A DNA stretch of 64,000 nucleotides, taken from the sequence record PP236086.1. The stretch is one strand, 5' to 3'. The stretch's first letter is position 1; each line of letters opens with the position of its first letter. Source of the DNA: Enterobacter phage ZX14. The notes beneath the pieces are model-generated. The model was not told the DNA's origin, made no database searches, and was given only the letters and a program-made list of their open reading frames with translations. A program made the position numbers and the translations under genes. This document shows positions 50,332 to 60,361 of this stretch, piece after piece.

Positions 50332-51807
50332 TTAGTAAATATAATCATATATTATTCCATTTTCAAGAGCCGAGCGGTGAACAATCCTACCGTTTCTAGA
50401 TTCTTGCACATCAACTTCTGGGTAGTCCGTAATCATTTTAGACAGAACTGCCAAATGACAATGATAAGGACTATCAAGCCAAGAGGCAGTTTTCCAATCT
50501 TTACCTTCTGAAGTAAGCTTCTGGATAGCATCCATAACCCACCAACCAGCCCAGATATAAGCAGATGCTCTCCACGGTAACGGGTGTACATAAATTAATT
50601 CACATGCCATATCAGGTATATTTACGGTATATGAAGCTTCAAAAGACCTTTCACTATACCCAGGAGCAGAAATGGTTACCTTAAGATGATAAGTATTTTC
50701 GCCAGGTCTAATCGATTTTGGTTCTAAATTTACACTAGGATACTTAGTACCTTGATCTGTCCACTCATATGCAACTGTGGCATTAGATAAATCAATACCG
50801 ATTATTTTAGGAGATAATACAAATTTCTCTCCTTCTGGGACTGGAAGACTTTGATGACTTGCTTCTATGCTAAGCGTTACATCAGGAATAACTGTTATCG
50901 TTGCGTTGTTTTGACTGATGATAGGAGGATATGTTTCCGAGCCAATAAAAATAATTTCAGCTTTAGCCGATACTTTATATTGCTTCATAGTACTTTGACT
51001 AAATGTATAGTTAGGTCCTACGGCTCCTTCTACTAAAACATCATCAACATACCAGCTATAAACTATATTACTAATAGGGGATTCGACACGAGATAAATCA
51101 AGAATATACACTAGCGTTACGGGCTCATCAATAAGAACGGTTTTATTGCCTGGTTCTAAATTAGACCCAACAGTGTTTGAAAGAGGCGTAGTTACAACGG
51201 TTACATCCTTTGTTGCAAAAACACGAGTTACCATATAATTAGGATGGGTAAGTTTGGCCTCTACTGTATAAATCCTAGTCCCGACTTTATCACCTCTAGC
51301 AGTGAATAAAGAATTAGTTTCATTAGCAATAGGCTGCAAAACATTGTCTACTTTTTCACTCCAAGTGTATTTTAAAGTTAAACTAGGGTCGGACAGCAGT
51401 GGATGGGTAACAGATATAGATGCTTTGAGATCGGTATTAGAAAGATGTTCTATTGTTACTGTGGAGGGGCCTTCTATTTTTATACTAGGTGAGCCCATGT
51501 ATCCTAAACCCGAAGTCAATGTGTAATATGCTTCAAATTGTTCATCTTCATAGCCAGGCTTAGAAACAGTAGCTCTTAAAATTACTTGCTCTGTACCAGG
51601 TCTAATCCAAGTGGGTTCTAAAGTAGGCGTATTATAGAATTGATCTCTAAAAGACCAGTTATAATCACTTATTACCGCATCATCAAGTCCTGTTACTTGG
51701 GCGCTAAGGATAAATGTTTCATCCTCAAAAGGGCGTGGGAAAGAATCATAGTTTTGGACTATTTCTAATGTCGCCGGGTTCGGAAGATCTGCCATTTTAT
51801 TCTCCAT
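50332..51807 (-). CDS. hoc: Hoc-like outer capsid protein with tandem Ig-like domains
   Basis: 491 aa. Shows repetitive beta-rich Ig-like modules about 90 aa each, followed by a distinct C-terminal domain. Located between rnlB and the inh position as in T4. Confidence 0.5.
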   Translation of the reverse strand: MENKMADLPNPATLEIVQNYDSFPRPFEDETFILSAQVTGLDDAVISDYNWSFRDQFYNTPTLEPTWIRPGTEQVILRATVSKPGYEDEQFEAYYTLTSGLGYMGSPSIKIEGPSTVTIEHLSNTDLKASISVTHPLLSDPSLTLKYTWSEKVDNVLQPIANETNSLFTARGDKVGTRIYTVEAKLTHPNYMVTRVFATKDVTVVTTPLSNTVGSNLEPGNKTVLIDEPVTLVYILDLSRVESPISNIVYSWYVDDVLVEGAVGPNYTFSQSTMKQYKVSAKAEIIFIGSETYPPIISQNNATITVIPDVTLSIEASHQSLPVPEGEKFVLSPKIIGIDLSNATVAYEWTDQGTKYPSVNLEPKSIRPGENTYHLKVTISAPGYSERSFEASYTVNIPDMACELIYVHPLPWRASAYIWAGWWVMDAIQKLTSEGKDWKTASWLDSPYHCHLAVLSKMITDYPEVDVQESRNGRIVHRSALENGIIYDYIY

Positions 51808-51812
51808 TTATA

Positions 51813-51826
51813 GGGGCCGAAGCCCC
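51813..51826 (-). terminator. UUCG hairpin after the inh-position gene
   Basis: Identical 14-mer GGGGCCGAAGCCCC. Confidence 0.45.
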
Positions 51827-51835
51827 ATTGTCAAA

Positions 51836-52558
51836 TTACTTGAGTGTTACGAAAGATGAGTTGCGTGTTTCTCTAACAAGAATAGAACCATCTCTATAAA
51901 TGTAGTAGAGTAAGCTGAATAGCGTTTGGTGCGCGCTAGGATGAGGGAAGCTGGTAGGTCGAGATTTCCAATCTGGAGTCTCTTTAATCCATTGGTAAAT
52001 CCACCAAGGTAGAGTTACATAACCTGGATTTTTGCCCATCAGAATAAGATGAGGGCTGAAGTCAGCTGGTAATTCGAATTTTTCTTCTGAAGTTTCTTCT
52101 TTATTTTCTGGAATAGTCGGAGCATTAATTACAGGCTCTTCATAAACTACTTCAGCTTTAATTGGGATTATTTCAGGTTGACGTAGCTCAACTTCAGGAA
52201 TTTGAACCGGGGCTTCATTAACTTGAATGTGTTCGACCGCATGAGTCATCGGAGCATCAAACAGCAGAACCGCTTCTTCTTTAGCTTCGGTTTCACCTTC
52301 AATATGAGCTTTAGCGCCACTGATTTCGTCATCAGCATCAATCAAATCACTGATACTCAACCCACCTTCCACTTCATCAACTGGTTCAGCAGCAAGTTCT
52401 TTAAGACCGGCTTCGATGTCAATTACTAGATTATCAAAACCTTTAGATTTTTTGAGTTGAAGGCCAAACTGTTCTGCATATTCAATAAGTTTAGCCTTAG
52501 CTTCTTTTTTATCGTCTAATTGACGGAGTTCTTCAATATACTGGTGGTCCATAATCAT
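51836..52558 (-). CDS. acidic hypothetical protein in the inh position
   Basis: ORF with a Glu-rich middle region. Start is taken at the internal Met (the first Met in the track overlaps the uvsW late promoter). Confidence 0.4.
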   Translation of the reverse strand: MIMDHQYIEELRQLDDKKEAKAKLIEYAEQFGLQLKKSKGFDNLVIDIEAGLKELAAEPVDEVEGGLSISDLIDADDEISGAKAHIEGETEAKEEAVLLFDAPMTHAVEHIQVNEAPVQIPEVELRQPEIIPIKAEVVYEEPVINAPTIPENKEETSEEKFELPADFSPHLILMGKNPGYVTLPWWIYQWIKETPDWKSRPTSFPHPSAHQTLFSLLYYIYRDGSILVRETRNSSFVTLK

Positions 52559-52572
52559 TCTCTTTTCTAGTG

Positions 52573-52580
52573 TATAAATA
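52573..52580 (+). promoter_or_regulatory. late promoter TATAAATA (uvsW)
   Basis: Exact consensus 30 nt upstream of the uvsW ATG. Confidence 0.55.
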
Positions 52581-52610
52581 TGTATGTATTTATAACTAGA
52601 GAATATCCTC

Positions 52611-54110
52611 ATGCAAATCAAAGTTCATTTTGAAAATTTTAGTCATGTACGTATTGAGTGTGATGAATCCACTTTCTACGAACTAAGAGACTATTTCTCA
52701 TTCGAAGCCGACGGCTATAAGTTTAACCCTAAGTTCAAATATGGTCAGTGGGACGGGAGAATTCGTCTTCTTGATTACAACCGTATGTTACCGTATGGTC
52801 TAGTTCCACAGATGCGTAAATTCGCAGACCAATTCGAATACGAATTGTGGGTTGACCCTAAAATCACAGAGAAAGAAGAAATCACTCGTGAAGGGTTTGA
52901 TTCATGGTTATCTGAACTAGAAATTTATTCAGGTTCAACTAAGATTGAGCCTCATTGGTATCAAAAAGACGCTGTGTTCACCGGCTTGACCAACAGACGT
53001 AATATCCTGAATTTACCTACATCTGCAGGTAAATCGTTAATACAGGCACTCCTGAGTCGTTATTACGTAGAGAACTATGAAGGTAAAATTCTTATCTTAG
53101 TTCCTACTACTGCACTCGTCGACCAGATGATAAATGACTTTGCCGATTATCGTTTATTCGGTAAACAACATATGCTCGGTATTCGCGCTGGTACTAAGCG
53201 TGATTCAGATGCAATGATTTATGTCAGTACTTATCAAACTGCAATTAAACAGCCCAAAGAATGGTTTGCCCAGTTCGGCTTATTCATGAATGACGAATGC
53301 CATTTAGCGACAGGTAAAAGTATTTCTACCATTATTGAAGGTTTAACGAACTGTATGTTTAAGTTCGGTCTTTCAGGTTCACTGAAAGACGGCAAAGCCA
53401 ACCTTATGCAATATATGGGCTTGTTCGGTGATATTTTCCGCCCGGTATCAACTTCACAATTAATGGATGAAGGCGCCGTTACGGACCTTAAAATTAACTC
53501 AATATTCCTTCGTTATCCGGATGAATTCTGCGTTAAAATGAAAGGTAAGGATTACCAAACCGAAATCAAAGTTATTACCAAAGCAGATCGTAGAAATAAA
53601 TGGGTTGCTAATCTCGCTGCCAAATTGGCAAAGAATGATGAAAACGTGTTCTTGATGTTTAAGAATATCGAACATGGTAAAAAATTGGTAGAGTTGGTTA
53701 AAGAGGCTGGTGCAGAAAAAGTCTATTACGTTTCAGGTGAAGTCACTACTGAAGTTCGTAACGCTTTAAAAGAAATGGCCGAAAATGGCAAAGGTATTGT
53801 TGTGGTTGCGTCGTATGGCGTATTTTCTACAGGTATCAGCGTTAAAAACTTACACCATGTAATTTTTGCACATCCGGTTAAATCTAAAATTATTGTTCTT
53901 CAGACTATTGGCCGTGTTCTTCGTAAACATACTAGTAAGAAAGTTGCTCAGGTCTGGGACATTATCGACGATATGGGTGTTAAACCTAAATCAGCAACAG
54001 CCAAGAAAAAATATGTTCATTTAAATTATGCATTAAAACATGCTCTTGAACGTATCCAGCGTTATGCTGACGAACAATTCAACTATGTAATGAAACAGGT
54101 AGAAATCTAA
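52611..54110 (+). CDS. uvsW: UvsW helicase
   Basis: 499 aa SF2 helicase with motif I PTSAGKS and motif II DECH. A late promoter lies upstream, as in T4. Confidence 0.85.
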   Translation: MQIKVHFENFSHVRIECDESTFYELRDYFSFEADGYKFNPKFKYGQWDGRIRLLDYNRMLPYGLVPQMRKFADQFEYELWVDPKITEKEEITREGFDSWLSELEIYSGSTKIEPHWYQKDAVFTGLTNRRNILNLPTSAGKSLIQALLSRYYVENYEGKILILVPTTALVDQMINDFADYRLFGKQHMLGIRAGTKRDSDAMIYVSTYQTAIKQPKEWFAQFGLFMNDECHLATGKSISTIIEGLTNCMFKFGLSGSLKDGKANLMQYMGLFGDIFRPVSTSQLMDEGAVTDLKINSIFLRYPDEFCVKMKGKDYQTEIKVITKADRRNKWVANLAAKLAKNDENVFLMFKNIEHGKKLVELVKEAGAEKVYYVSGEVTTEVRNALKEMAENGKGIVVVASYGVFSTGISVKNLHHVIFAHPVKSKIIVLQTIGRVLRKHTSKKVAQVWDIIDDMGVKPKSATAKKKYVHLNYALKHALERIQRYADEQFNYVMKQVEI

Positions 54111-54337
54111 TGAAATCATTTGCCGATATTATCTATGAAGCTAGTATTGATAGCTTTATGTCTAAGATTGGCTCTTGTCAGACCCTAGATGGTCTGAAGG
54201 AGCTCGAAAAATATTACAAAACTCGTGTTAAAGAAACGGATTTGAAAGATTCTGACGATATCAGCATCAGAGATGCTTTAGAAGGTAAGAAAGTAGAACT
54301 TACTTCTATCGATGATGAGGAAGAAGAGGAATTTTAA
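54110..54337 (+). CDS. uvsW.1: UvsW.1
   Basis: 75 aa ORF translationally coupled to uvsW, with an acidic C-terminus (DDEEEEEF). Confidence 0.5.
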   Translation: MKSFADIIYEASIDSFMSKIGSCQTLDGLKELEKYYKTRVKETDLKDSDDISIRDALEGKKVELTSIDDEEEEEF

Positions 54338-54340
54338 TAC

Positions 54341-54369
54341 AAAAAAAGCCCCAACCGAAAGGAAGGGGC
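54341..54369 (-). terminator. intrinsic terminator (minus strand) after the small zinc-ribbon ORF
   Basis: Minus strand reads GCCCC...GGGGC followed by UUUUUUU. Confidence 0.5.
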
Positions 54370-54393
54370 AAAACCAACAAGTTGGTTATCTCA

Positions 54394-54558
54394 CTAGATT
54401 AAAAGCTGAGTCTCGTTTAACTGCTCTTCGGCAGATTCCGTTACCGGCAAACTTTCAGCATAATTATAACATTGGCCAGGATGGCATGGGCCTCGGTCTG
54501 TTTCAACAACCAATGCATCGTCGATTGGCGTTTTACAGACAACACAAATCTGCGACAT
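54394..54558 (-). CDS. small zinc-ribbon protein (uvsY.-2-like), not in the ORF track
   Basis: Reverse translation gives MSQICVVCKTPIDDALVVETDRGPCHPGQCYNYAESLP... (54 aa) with CxxC...CxxxC. An AAGGAGA SD sits 6 nt before the ATG at complement 54556-54558. Confidence 0.45.
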   Translation of the reverse strand: MSQICVVCKTPIDDALVVETDRGPCHPGQCYNYAESLPVTESAEEQLNETQLLI

Positions 54559-54675
54559 GATTGTCTCCTTAGTTGTTTGTATATGTTTATTTATTACAAA
54601 TGAAACGTAAGAACTTTTGAATTCTTACATCAGAAGGTTTATCTTTCTTATAGCTTTTCCAAGTGCGATTACCCA

Positions 54676-55107
54676 TTACTTTTCACCTGCTTCGAATTTA
54701 CGGATGTCTAACATCGTTTTCAGCGAGAATCCACGAGCCTTGATTGCATCAAGCGCTGAACTACAAAAATCTTGCAATAATCCCCAATACTGCATTTGAG
54801 TATCAAGTTTTAGGATACTTGAATCCGCAGCCATCACAGTCTTCATTTCGGTCGGCGTATACTGGTCCATACAGACTTCTTCGCCAGGCTCACTTCTTCC
54901 GGAATAGAAATCTAAACGCTTTTTAGATGCAGATTTTTTCTGAATCTCGATACGCATAATTTCTTTCTTACAATTACTATACAGACGTAACCACTTACTG
55001 TGCAACAGCACGTTGTGCTGTACTTCGTATTGTAATTTCGTTCCGTCGATAACTAAATCTTTATCTAACTCTTCTTGGAACGCCTCTAATTTAAATTCTA
55101 GTGCCAT
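54676..55107 (-). CDS. uvsY: UvsY recombination mediator
   Basis: 143 aa. MALEFKLEAFQEELDKDLVIDGTKLQYE...LYSKWLRLYS...RIEIQKK...LDFYSGR... parallels T4 UvsY. Confidence 0.85.
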   Translation of the reverse strand: MALEFKLEAFQEELDKDLVIDGTKLQYEVQHNVLLHSKWLRLYSNCKKEIMRIEIQKKSASKKRLDFYSGRSEPGEEVCMDQYTPTEMKTVMAADSSILKLDTQMQYWGLLQDFCSSALDAIKARGFSLKTMLDIRKFEAGEK

Positions 55108-55111
55108 AATG

Positions 55112-55155
55112 TTTCCTGTTGTTTAACCCATAGACCCATTATAACACAAGGCCTA
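55112..55155 (-). promoter_or_regulatory. possible middle (MotA-type) promoter for uvsY
   Basis: Minus strand reads AATTGCTGTCC (MotA-box-like), about 15 nt, then TGTGTTATAAT extended -10. The inverted repeat CCATAG/CTATGG flanks the -10. Confidence 0.3.
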
Positions 55156-55165
55156 TGGACAGCAA

Positions 55166-55555
55166 TTAACCACCACTTCTGAGCTGGATTCTAATTTGCT
55201 CTAAAGTATCTGGGTCATCGACTATTGAAAAGCGAACCGTAACAATTATTGAGTTGTCATCATAGATTGGCGTCACTTGAACACCTAATTGAGACACTCT
55301 TGGCTCGAAGTTTTTAATAGCAGAAACAATATTACGCTGAATAGTATCAGCCACTAGAGGTGTCATATTTTCAAAAAGCTGGTCAGTTATATCACAACCA
55401 AATTCAGGTTGGAAAGGGCGTGAGCCCTTTCTTGTAGTAACGATACCGAGAATACTGTTTTTAACTGCACGTGCGCCTACTACTTTAGCAACATCATAAC
55501 GATAGTCTTGCTGCATATTAGGCGACAGGTCGGAGTACATTTTATTGATGTTCAT
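55166..55555 (-). CDS. 25: gp25 baseplate wedge protein
   Basis: 129 aa (T4 132 aa), in the conserved position. Confidence 0.8.
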   Translation of the reverse strand: MNINKMYSDLSPNMQQDYRYDVAKVVGARAVKNSILGIVTTRKGSRPFQPEFGCDITDQLFENMTPLVADTIQRNIVSAIKNFEPRVSQLGVQVTPIYDDNSIIVTVRFSIVDDPDTLEQIRIQLRSGG

Positions 55556-56178
55556 TATATCAACTTAAAGAACTCTTTAAGCCCCTTGACAACATGAATT
55601 TCGTTATGGCCACACTCACAAGAGATAGGCACTGCTAATTGGACTTGTGGTTCAGTCAAATGAGCGAAAATCTTTTCAATATCTTCTACTGTGATAGCAG
55701 AATAAAGATCATTTACTTCTTCATCCGATAAATCATCAGGGAAGATTTCAACATCATCAGGCGTAACAATAGAATGAATGCATTCTGCTACGGTTTGAGC
55801 TTTGTATTTGTCTTGGAAGATATTAGGCCATCTGAATCTAATTTTAAAGTTAGTAAAGGCCCAGACAACGTCCCTGGCTTCTGTAGTGCTTGCCTGAATA
55901 AGATTCATTGGAACCATTTGTTCCCGCCCACAGGCACAATGCCACGGACGTTCTACGTTAACTTCACCTAATGATTGGGCCCACAGCTTAACCAGCAGTA
56001 ATTCTCCTTCATGACGAGGGAGCTCAGGGGCGTCTGTACATTTCTTAAACAGTTCTAAAATTTCTTCTTCAAGTCGCCCTTCGAGTTTTGCCTTTAAAAG
56101 GTCTTTATATTCACGTAAAGTGAATGCACGGCAATTGATGGTTTTATCACCAATCTTCGTCACAAAATTATAGTTCAT
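55555..56178 (-). CDS. 26: gp26 baseplate hub protein
   Basis: Start is taken at MNYNFVTK (AAGGAG SD), giving 208 aa, equal to T4 gp26. The palindromic late promoter lies upstream. Confidence 0.7.
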   Translation of the reverse strand: MNYNFVTKIGDKTINCRAFTLREYKDLLKAKLEGRLEEEILELFKKCTDAPELPRHEGELLLVKLWAQSLGEVNVERPWHCACGREQMVPMNLIQASTTEARDVVWAFTNFKIRFRWPNIFQDKYKAQTVAECIHSIVTPDDVEIFPDDLSDEEVNDLYSAITVEDIEKIFAHLTEPQVQLAVPISCECGHNEIHVVKGLKEFFKLI

Positions 56179-56198
56179 AGTTGGCTCCTTAATAAGCG

Positions 56199-56210
56199 TA
56201 TTTATAAATA
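56199..56210. promoter_or_regulatory. palindromic bidirectional late promoter TATTTATAAATA (genes 26 and 51)
   Basis: A 12-bp palindrome contains TATAAATA on both strands, between the divergent genes 26 and 51. Confidence 0.55.
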
Positions 56211-56226
56211 CACGAAAGGAGATACT

Positions 56227-56976
56227 ATGGCAAATATAATCAGATGTACTATGCCAGATGGTGTCCATCGTTTCAAACCGTTTACAGTCTCAGACTACAG
56301 AGATTTCTTATTGGTCCGAAATGACATGGATAACTATCCGGAAGACGAACAACAAAAATTGATGGATGAATTGTTAGCAGATTATTTCGGAGATTATCCT
56401 GAAAGCTGGCGTCCATATATTTTTATCCAAGTGTTTACAGCCTCTATTGGTAAGACTAAAATTCCGGTTGCATTTGAATGTAACGAATGCGGTGCTTCTA
56501 AGCAACGACTTTTTAACTTAGCGCTTCCTCCACTAAAAGAACCTGAACTAGAAACAGCCGGTGTTAAGATAAAATTTAAATTCCCTGATAAAGAGTATGA
56601 AGACAAGACCCAAATGATTTTAGAAAATATAAAGTCGGTCGAAGATTCAGACGGTGAATATAAATGGGAAGATATACCAGAAGAAACACAAATCCAAGTT
56701 ATTGACGCTATAGATTTAGAATCTTTAGAGAAGCTTATAACTGAAATGAAACCATTCCATATTAAGTTTAAATATGGATGTTGCACACAACATGTTGCGT
56801 ATTATGATAAAATGGTGGATATTTTCAAAATACTTTTAAACCCTAGTGAAGTGTTTAGTTTCTATCAGGTAAACCATTTACTAGTAAAAAGCCACTACAC
56901 ATTAGATAGCATAATGTCTATGCTTCCTATTGAAAGAAATATAGCGTTATCCCTAGTAGAAAAGGATCTTAAATGA
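56227..56976 (+). CDS. 51: gp51 baseplate hub assembly catalyst
   Basis: 249 aa (T4 249 aa). Confidence 0.7.
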   Translation: MANIIRCTMPDGVHRFKPFTVSDYRDFLLVRNDMDNYPEDEQQKLMDELLADYFGDYPESWRPYIFIQVFTASIGKTKIPVAFECNECGASKQRLFNLALPPLKEPELETAGVKIKFKFPDKEYEDKTQMILENIKSVEDSDGEYKWEDIPEETQIQVIDAIDLESLEKLITEMKPFHIKFKYGCCTQHVAYYDKMVDIFKILLNPSEVFSFYQVNHLLVKSHYTLDSIMSMLPIERNIALSLVEKDLK

Positions 56977-58184
56977 CTAACAAATCTATACAACGTGAAG
57001 GTTATCCTAATATAAGCATAAAGCTTTATCAGGATTATGATGCATGGCAAACTAACCGTTTTGTAGAGTTAGCTGCAACCTTTACTACATTAACAATGAG
57101 AGACGGGCTTAATGGCGTTAATGAAGGTCTTCTTCAATTTTATGACGCTAAGAATCTCCATACTAAAATGGATGGCGAACAGATAATCCAGATATCTGTT
57201 GGTAATGCAAACTCTCAAAGAACACAAACAAGAATTTATGGTTGTAAACACTTTGCCGTTGGTGTTGACTCTAAAGGCGATAATATTATTACAATCCAAC
57301 TGGCTACCATTCATTCTTTAGAGAACCTTAAATTTAGCCGAATGTTCTTCCCGTCGGTTCAAGAAACACTTATTGAAATGCTTGGTGTTATTTACCAAGA
57401 CCGTACATTACTTACTCCTCCGGTGAATGGAATTAACGTGTATGTGCCTAATGTCCCTTGGTGCGACAATATAAACCGTTATATGGCCTTCGTCCGTGAA
57501 ATGGGTCTTGCAGTTGAAAGTGACCAATTTGTATTTTGTTGGGAAGATATTGACGGTATAGAAATAATGGACTATCAAAGCATGATAGAACAAGAGCCAT
57601 TGAAATTTGCCGTCGGTGAACCAAGACTTATTGGACAATATGTCCAAGATTTAGAAATGCCTATTGCATTTGATTTTGAATGGATGACTAAGGCTAACCA
57701 GCATACTAAAAAGCCATATCAGAATGCCACTTTATATGCACATTCGTTTTTAGATAAAAACGCCACTAGAGTAACATTTGGTGAAGGCCAGAACAGTATA
57801 TTTGTTTCACGTTCAGGTGCATACGCAGAAGCGACATACCGAAACGGTTATGAAGAAGCTAACCGTATTATTACTATGTCTCAATATGATGGTTATGCTA
57901 AGTGTAAAGTATTTGGTAATTTTGAAGTAACTCCGGGTGATAAGATTAATTTCTACGACCCTAAGAATCAATTCCAATTTGATTTTTATGTAGACGAAGT
58001 TATTCATGAAGTGAGTAACAATACATCTATCACTAATATTTACATGTTTACGAATGGTACTCCAATTAAAGTTGAAGAAGTGCCTAAGGTTAAAAATGAA
58101 CTTAAAACTTATTCTGCCGATGAAGAAAATACTGATGAATCAGAAGGAAATCAGTATTCCAAAACTAGGCTTAAAACATCATAA
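56973..58184 (+). CDS. 27: gp27 baseplate hub protein
   Basis: 403 aa (T4 391 aa). Confidence 0.8.
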   Translation: MTNKSIQREGYPNISIKLYQDYDAWQTNRFVELAATFTTLTMRDGLNGVNEGLLQFYDAKNLHTKMDGEQIIQISVGNANSQRTQTRIYGCKHFAVGVDSKGDNIITIQLATIHSLENLKFSRMFFPSVQETLIEMLGVIYQDRTLLTPPVNGINVYVPNVPWCDNINRYMAFVREMGLAVESDQFVFCWEDIDGIEIMDYQSMIEQEPLKFAVGEPRLIGQYVQDLEMPIAFDFEWMTKANQHTKKPYQNATLYAHSFLDKNATRVTFGEGQNSIFVSRSGAYAEATYRNGYEEANRIITMSQYDGYAKCKVFGNFEVTPGDKINFYDPKNQFQFDFYVDEVIHEVSNNTSITNIYMFTNGTPIKVEEVPKVKNELKTYSADEENTDESEGNQYSKTRLKTS

Positions 58185-58617
58185 TTTGGTTAAAGATGAA
58201 AAAGACCCTGTAAAGGCTCTTCGCATGATTATGCGAACTATTCATCCTGATTTAGATGCAGCCGAAACAGATTTTGTATCTTTACATCTTTTAGAATTCA
58301 ATGGTAAATTAAAGAGTGAAGTTGTTAAAGATGGCTTTACTTATCGTTTAGCTGATGTTTATATTTGTCAACGACTTGAATTCCAATATCAAGGAAATAC
58401 GTTCAAATTCAGGTCTCACAAACCATTTGAAACGTTTGGTCCTGTCGATGCGGTTTTACAAACTCTTTATCTCGGCGATGACGTACCAGATTTTCTGGAT
58501 ATGCCTGCTTTCGTAGCTAAATGGGCAGATGATATCACAAGCACTGTAGCTATTCCTGGTCCTAATGGCCCTATTAAAGGAATGCTTGAAATAATGGACC
58601 TTTTAAATGTCGAATAA
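58096..58617 (+). CDS. 28: gp28 baseplate hub distal subunit
   Basis: ORF overlapping the 3' end of gene 27 in another frame. Start is taken at the Met after an AAGG SD, giving 173 aa (T4 177 aa). Confidence 0.55.
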   Translation: MNLKLILPMKKILMNQKEISIPKLGLKHHNLVKDEKDPVKALRMIMRTIHPDLDAAETDFVSLHLLEFNGKLKSEVVKDGFTYRLADVYICQRLEFQYQGNTFKFRSHKPFETFGPVDAVLQTLYLGDDVPDFLDMPAFVAKWADDITSTVAIPGPNGPIKGMLEIMDLLNVE

Positions 58618-60352
58618 ATCTGAACAACAGAGTTTTCGTCGTAGAAAGATTATAGAAGAGTCAGCTCCTCAGCGTCGTGCTGAGGCCCTGGCTTCCACTC
58701 AAAACGACGAATTAAGTAATATTGGTTCTCAGCTACAAGACGTCCAGGCAGCCACAGAGATGGTCGCTGAAGGCATTGAACAACAAACTGGAGTAATACA
58801 ATCATCATTAGACAAAATTGGTAAGAAGGTTGATGATGTTGAAGCCGGTGTAGAACTTGTAGCAGAATCATCTGAATCAACTGCGGCAGCGGCCAACGAA
58901 ACTTCTGCTGCAGCAAAAGCTATTTCAAATAAGTTGGCAAAACTTTCTGAAATGCTTTCTGCTAAATTTAGTGCGGACCCTAGTCGTGTTCCACAAGCAA
59001 CTGAAACCGCAGTGGCTGCAGTAGAATCTAATATGCCTATGCCGGTTGAAGAACCAAAGCTTAGAGAACTGTTAGAAAAATTAATCCCAGGCGATGCTCC
59101 GGCTGAAGATGCCCCGTTCCTCCCTCCTGTGGTTCAACCTCCACAAGAAGAGCAAAAACAAGATAAACCATCTAAACAACCTCCTGAAGGGAGTAAATTA
59201 GATGACCTTTTGAAAACAACTAAAAAAGGATTTGGTGCTATTGTAAGCGTTACAGACCGAATTGCTGGAATGCTTTTCAAATACACTATTACGGCTGTAG
59301 CTCAAGCTGCTAAATTTGCTGGGATGCTATTGGCCTTAGTTGTCGGCATCGATATGATTCAAGTTTATTTCCAATACTTCATGAAAGAGTTTAATAAGTC
59401 GTGGGATGAATTTGATAAGAAATTCGAAGAATGGGGACCACTAATATCAGACCTTTTAATAATGACCAAAAACGTGTCTAAAATGTTTGATGAAGGAAAC
59501 TGGTTTAAATTAGCCGAAGCTATTGTCAAAGGTATGGTTAAACTTACCCTGAATATGGCTGATATCTTGATGCTTGGTATTGGTAAATTAACTGCATCAT
59601 TATTACGTTCTCTTGGCTTTGATGAAACCGCCGATAATATTGAAGGTGGGGCATTGATGACGTACCAACAGAACTCTGGTGCAGCGTTAAGTGAAGAGGA
59701 CCAAACTACTCTTGCTAAATATCAAGATAGAAAAGATGCTGAAGCATATAAAGCTAAAGTAGAATTTAATGATCGGTTCAAAGGTAAAGACAGTGGGCTT
59801 AAAGAGGCTCAAAAATACGGAACAGTAACAAAAGAAACTGCTCAAGAAATTAGAGCAGGTAAAGTTGATTCTTCTTTCCGTGATTTACCTGAATCTCAAC
59901 GTCTTGAAATAATTAAAAAGCGTAATGAAACCGAAGCTGCTGCCCGCCGCTTGGTTAATAGAGCTGAAGAAATTATGACGCCAGACGAAAGAGATAAAGA
60001 GAACTTTAAGAAAGAAAAAGACCGTGTTGATACTCTTCTTAAAGACCCTGCTATTAAGCAAGATTCTGCTCTTCAGGCTTTAGCCAAGAAAATAGATTTG
60101 AGCGCTAAGAAATTTGATAAGGTTCCTGTCCAGGCACAACCACCTGAACAAAAAGAAGAAACTATCCAAGTTAAAAGAGTCATGGAAGCTCAAAAGGCTA
60201 AAGAAGCCCAGAAAAATAACGCTGGTGATGGTAAGCTTGGAAATCTTATCCAACAAGTTAACGTTCAGAAAAATAATAAGACGATGTATACTATGCCTGC
60301 TCAAACCTCTATAGCAGACCCTGGAATGCATCGTTCTGTAAATGTGAACTAA
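58607..60352 (+). CDS. 29: gp29 baseplate hub / tail length determinator
   Basis: 581 aa (T4 590 aa). Confidence 0.75.
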   Translation: MSNKSEQQSFRRRKIIEESAPQRRAEALASTQNDELSNIGSQLQDVQAATEMVAEGIEQQTGVIQSSLDKIGKKVDDVEAGVELVAESSESTAAAANETSAAAKAISNKLAKLSEMLSAKFSADPSRVPQATETAVAAVESNMPMPVEEPKLRELLEKLIPGDAPAEDAPFLPPVVQPPQEEQKQDKPSKQPPEGSKLDDLLKTTKKGFGAIVSVTDRIAGMLFKYTITAVAQAAKFAGMLLALVVGIDMIQVYFQYFMKEFNKSWDEFDKKFEEWGPLISDLLIMTKNVSKMFDEGNWFKLAEAIVKGMVKLTLNMADILMLGIGKLTASLLRSLGFDETADNIEGGALMTYQQNSGAALSEEDQTTLAKYQDRKDAEAYKAKVEFNDRFKGKDSGLKEAQKYGTVTKETAQEIRAGKVDSSFRDLPESQRLEIIKKRNETEAAARRLVNRAEEIMTPDERDKENFKKEKDRVDTLLKDPAIKQDSALQALAKKIDLSAKKFDKVPVQAQPPEQKEETIQVKRVMEAQKAKEAQKNNAGDGKLGNLIQQVNVQKNNKTMYTMPAQTSIADPGMHRSVNVN

Positions 60353-60361
60353 GGAATTCAT

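Noticed and set aside
54312-54560. 82-aa plus-strand ORF after uvsW.1
   Set aside because: It overlaps the uvsW.1 stop and a minus-strand terminator hairpin and has no SD. The minus strand here encodes a small zinc-ribbon ORF with a good SD.
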